DNA of 64,000 nucleotides from the human T2T-CHM13v2.0 reference genome, Homo sapiens, in NCBI RefSeq assembly GCF_009914755.1, contig NC_060947.1. The stretch is one strand, 5' to 3'. The notes under the pieces are model-generated. The model had not been told where the DNA came from, ran no database searches, and worked only from the letters and a program-made list of their open reading frames with translations. A program made the position numbers and the translations under genes. Shown piece after piece: positions 60,560 through 64,000 of the stretch. How positions within the stretch are numbered: position 1 is the first letter of the stretch; each line of letters opens with the position of its first letter.

Positions 60560-62160
60560 AGTAAAAGATATGAAAATAACATTGGAGGGCTTCATGTTGT
60601 TCCCTGTTTAAGTGTCAGAGTCAAGTCCTAAAAGACTTTATAAAAAATTATTCCAGAATGAAAAAAATGTAATAAGATATGGAGAAAAGATCTAAGAGAC
60701 TGAAACTTTCCAATCACATGAAGAACAGATTAAGTAAAAGCAAAAACCAAAGTTGAGAAGAAAACTTTGAGCTGAACAGGGTCAATATAACGCAAAATAA
60801 ATGAGGCAAGTAAGACCAGACATTTTCTGGTGAAATTTTTATAATTGAAAACATAAAAATAAGTCCTACGAACATGTAGGTATATTAAACATTACTCCAT
60901 TTACACTAGGGACAGTGTAGGGGGAGAGGAGAGACCAAGGAATACTGTTTCATACTTGACTGTGAGAAGACAAAAAAAAGGTACAAGATTTTAAACCCAA
61001 GAGTAAATTAAAAACGTGGCTATTTTTTTCCCAAGTAGCTAAACAGAAAGCAAAGAAAAATATAATACATAAAACAAACCAAACAGCAAGAAAATATTAA
61101 ATAGTTTCAGACTTAATTGACAAAAGAAAGACACAACTATTTGCAACTTATGAGAGACATTTAAAATAAAGCGAAAGTTAAAAATAGGCAAAAATATAAC
61201 AAGGTACAATAAAAATTGTGGTCATTAAAAATAAAGTAGAATTCAATAAGTGAGACAGTATCATTTTATATTGGTAAAATTGCATATGGTCAATGAAAAT
61301 AAGAGGCATGGCCTTTATATAATAATGAACAATGTGGCCAGGTAATGCTACTAAGTAATTAAGTAGCACCATATGTATTACTTAATTTAATGTTCAGAAT
61401 AATATTATGTGGTAGACGTGGTTATTATACTCATATTACAGATAAAACAACTAAACAGAAAGAGATTAAATAACTTGCTCAAGGTTCTTACTGTTAAGGA
61501 CATAACTGGAATTTGAACAAGGGCCTTTCTGACTGAAGAATCTGTAAGATACTACACCAGTGTTATCTGAAAGATTAATCTGACATCAGAATTACCTGAG
61601 GTGTTTACTAAAAATGCAAACTCCTGGCATCACCTCAGATATATTCTAGAGCTTGGAAATTTGCATTTTAACAAGTATTCTACTTGATTCTTATGCATGG
61701 TAAAATTTGAGAACCACTGCCTGTGGCTGTCTTGAAGAAAATGAGAGAAACACAACTGAAGTGGAAAGTTTTAATCCACCTTTTCTAGCTTAGATTAAAT
61801 AGAAGAAACAATAAACAATTTAAATATTAATCAGAGTGCCATAACAAACTTAAAACAGTACAGAGACTATGCATTACTTTCAAATATGCATTTTACATTT
61901 TCAAAATTGATTACATATTAGATCCTAAAAGAAAATAAGTTCCAAAAAACAAGGATTGTAAAGATCATAATATTTCATCATAATGTGATCAAACTAAAAT
62001 TTAACAATTTAAAGAAAGGGACATAACCAATACCTTTCTAAATAACTATTTAATCAAGTAAGAAAATTTATAGCTGTGACTATAGAACTCCATTAGGATA
62101 GTGTATATAAAAATTTATGAGCCCACCCACCAGAGTATCTAAAATGAAATACAAAATAAC
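60560..62160 (+). mobile_element. Very old L1 ORF1/ORF2 fragments interrupted by a MIR (61380-61530) and MER5B (61557-61720)
   Basis: A-rich sequence with 'ccagacattttctggtgaaattt' and 'acattttcaaaattgattacatattag'. Confidence 0.55.
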
Positions 62161-62179
62161 AAGTTTTTTTTTCTCATTT

Positions 62180-64000
62180 TAAAATTATTTTTAATTTTTG
62201 TGGGCATATAGTAGGTGTATATATTTATGGGGTATATGGGAATATTTTTATAAAGCATGCAATATATAATAATCACATCAGGGTAAATGGGGTATCTATT
62301 ACCTCAACCATTTAACCTTTGTGTTATAAGCAATCCGATTACACTCTTCTAGTTATAAATGTATATTGTTGACTATAGTCACCCTGTTTTGCGATCAAAT
62401 AGTGTGTCTTATTCATTTTTTCTAACTATTTTTTGGTACACATTAACCATCCCTACCTCCCACTGCAGCCCTGCACTACCCTTCTCAGCCTTTGGTAACC
62501 ACCCTTCTACTCTCTTATCTCCATTCAATTGTTCAATTGTTTTGATTTTTAGATCCCACAAATAGGTGAGAACATATGATGTTTGTCTTTCTGTGCCTGG
62601 CTTATTCGGTTAACATAATGATCTCCAGTTCCATCCATGCTGTTGCAAATGACAGGATCTCATCCTTCTTCATGGCTGAATAGTACTCCATTGTGTATAA
62701 GCACCATACTTTCTTTTTAAATTTTTTTTATTATACTTTACATTCTGGGGTACATGTGCAGAACCTGCAGGTTTGTTACATAGGTATACACATGCCATGG
62801 TGGTTTGCTGCACCCATCAACCCATCATCTACATTAGGTATTTCTCCTAATGCTATCCCTCCCCTAGCCCCCCACACCCCTACAGGCCCCCGTGTGTGAT
62901 GTTCCCTGCCCTGTGTCCATGTGTTCTCATTGTTCAACTCCCACTTATGAGTGAGAACATGGCAGTGTTCGGTTTTCTGTTCTTGTGTTAGTTTGCTGAG
63001 AATGATGGTTTCCAGCATCATCCATGTCCCTGCAAAGGACATGAACTCATTCCTTTTTATGGCTGCATAGTATTCCATGGTGTATATGTGCCACATTTCC
63101 TTTATCCAGTCTATCGTTGATGGGCATTTGGGTTGGTTCGAAGTCTTTGCTGTTGTGAACAGTGTTGCAATAAACATACGTGTACATGTGTCTTTATAGT
63201 AGAATGATTTATAATCCTTTGGGTATATACCCAGTAATGGGATTGCTGGGTCAAATGGTATTCCTAGTTCTAGATCCTTGATGAATTGCCACACTGTCTT
63301 CTACAATGCTTGAACTAATTTACACTCCCACCAACAGTGTAAAAGCATTCCTATTTCTCCACATCATCTCCAGCATCCATTGTTTCCTGACATTTTAATG
63401 ATAGCCATTCTAACTGGCGTGAGGTGGTATCTCATTGTGGTTTTGATTTGTGTTTCTCTAATGACCAGTGATGATGAGCTTTTTTTCATATGTTTGTTGG
63501 CTGCATAAATGTCTTCTTTTGAGAAATGTCTGTTTATATCCTTCGCCCACTTTTTGACAGGGCTTTTTTTTCTCTTGTAAATGTGTTTAAGTTCTTTGTA
63601 GATTCTGGATATTAGCCCTTTGTCAGATGGATAGATTGCAAAAATTTTCTCCCATTCTTTAGATTGCCTGTTCACTCTGACGACAGTTTATTTTGCTGTG
63701 CTGGAGCTCTATAATTTAATCAGATCCCATTTGTCTATTTTGGCTTTTGTTGCCATTGCTTTCGGAAGTACCATATTTTCCTTATCCATTCATCTGTTGA
63801 TGGACACTTAGGTTGCTTCCAAATCTTCACTTTTGTAATTACTGCTCCAACAAATATAGGAGTACAGATATCTTTTTAATATACTGATTTCCTTTCTTTT
63901 GGATATATACCAAGCAGTGGGATTGATGGATTGTATCGTACGTCTATTTTCAGTTTTTTGAGGAACCTCCAAACTGCTCTCCATTCTGGTTGTACTAAGT
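62180..64000 (-). mobile_element. L1MA-like 3' end split by an L1PA; runs off the window
   Basis: 'tttttgtgggcatatagtaggtgtatatatttatgggg'; resumes at 63766. Confidence 0.9.
62714..63762 (-). mobile_element. 5'-truncated L1PA (PA7/8-like)
   Basis: Canonical L1PA 3' UTR; ORF2 C-terminal ORFs 62776-63294 and 63364-63675; TSD aag(c/t)accata(c/t)tttc. Confidence 0.95.

Overview
Primate (probably human/great-ape) intronic or intergenic DNA: AT-rich, CpG-poor, no CpG island and no recognisable protein-coding gene. All long ORFs in the track come from Alu or L1 sequence. The window holds 18 Alus (J, S, Y types), many L1 pieces (several nested, with readable target-site duplications), a HAL1-like element, MaLR/ERV1 solo LTRs, hAT/Tigger DNA transposons, MIR/L2/L3 relics and one short retrocopy 3' end. 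Subfamily names come from recalled consensus motifs and need RepeatMasker confirmation; boundaries of old repeats are approximate. The strongest unexplained signals are (i) a ~300 bp non-TE inverted repeat (6987-7284 / 8078-8383) whose 142 bp core differs at only 5 positions and carries two CAG|GTAAGT splice donors per arm, and (ii) five more 85-155 bp segments copied 0.5-2.7 kb from their source. Three of these copies interrupt L1 elements, and two of those three span a TE/flank junction of the donor, which points to repeated local templated insertion.
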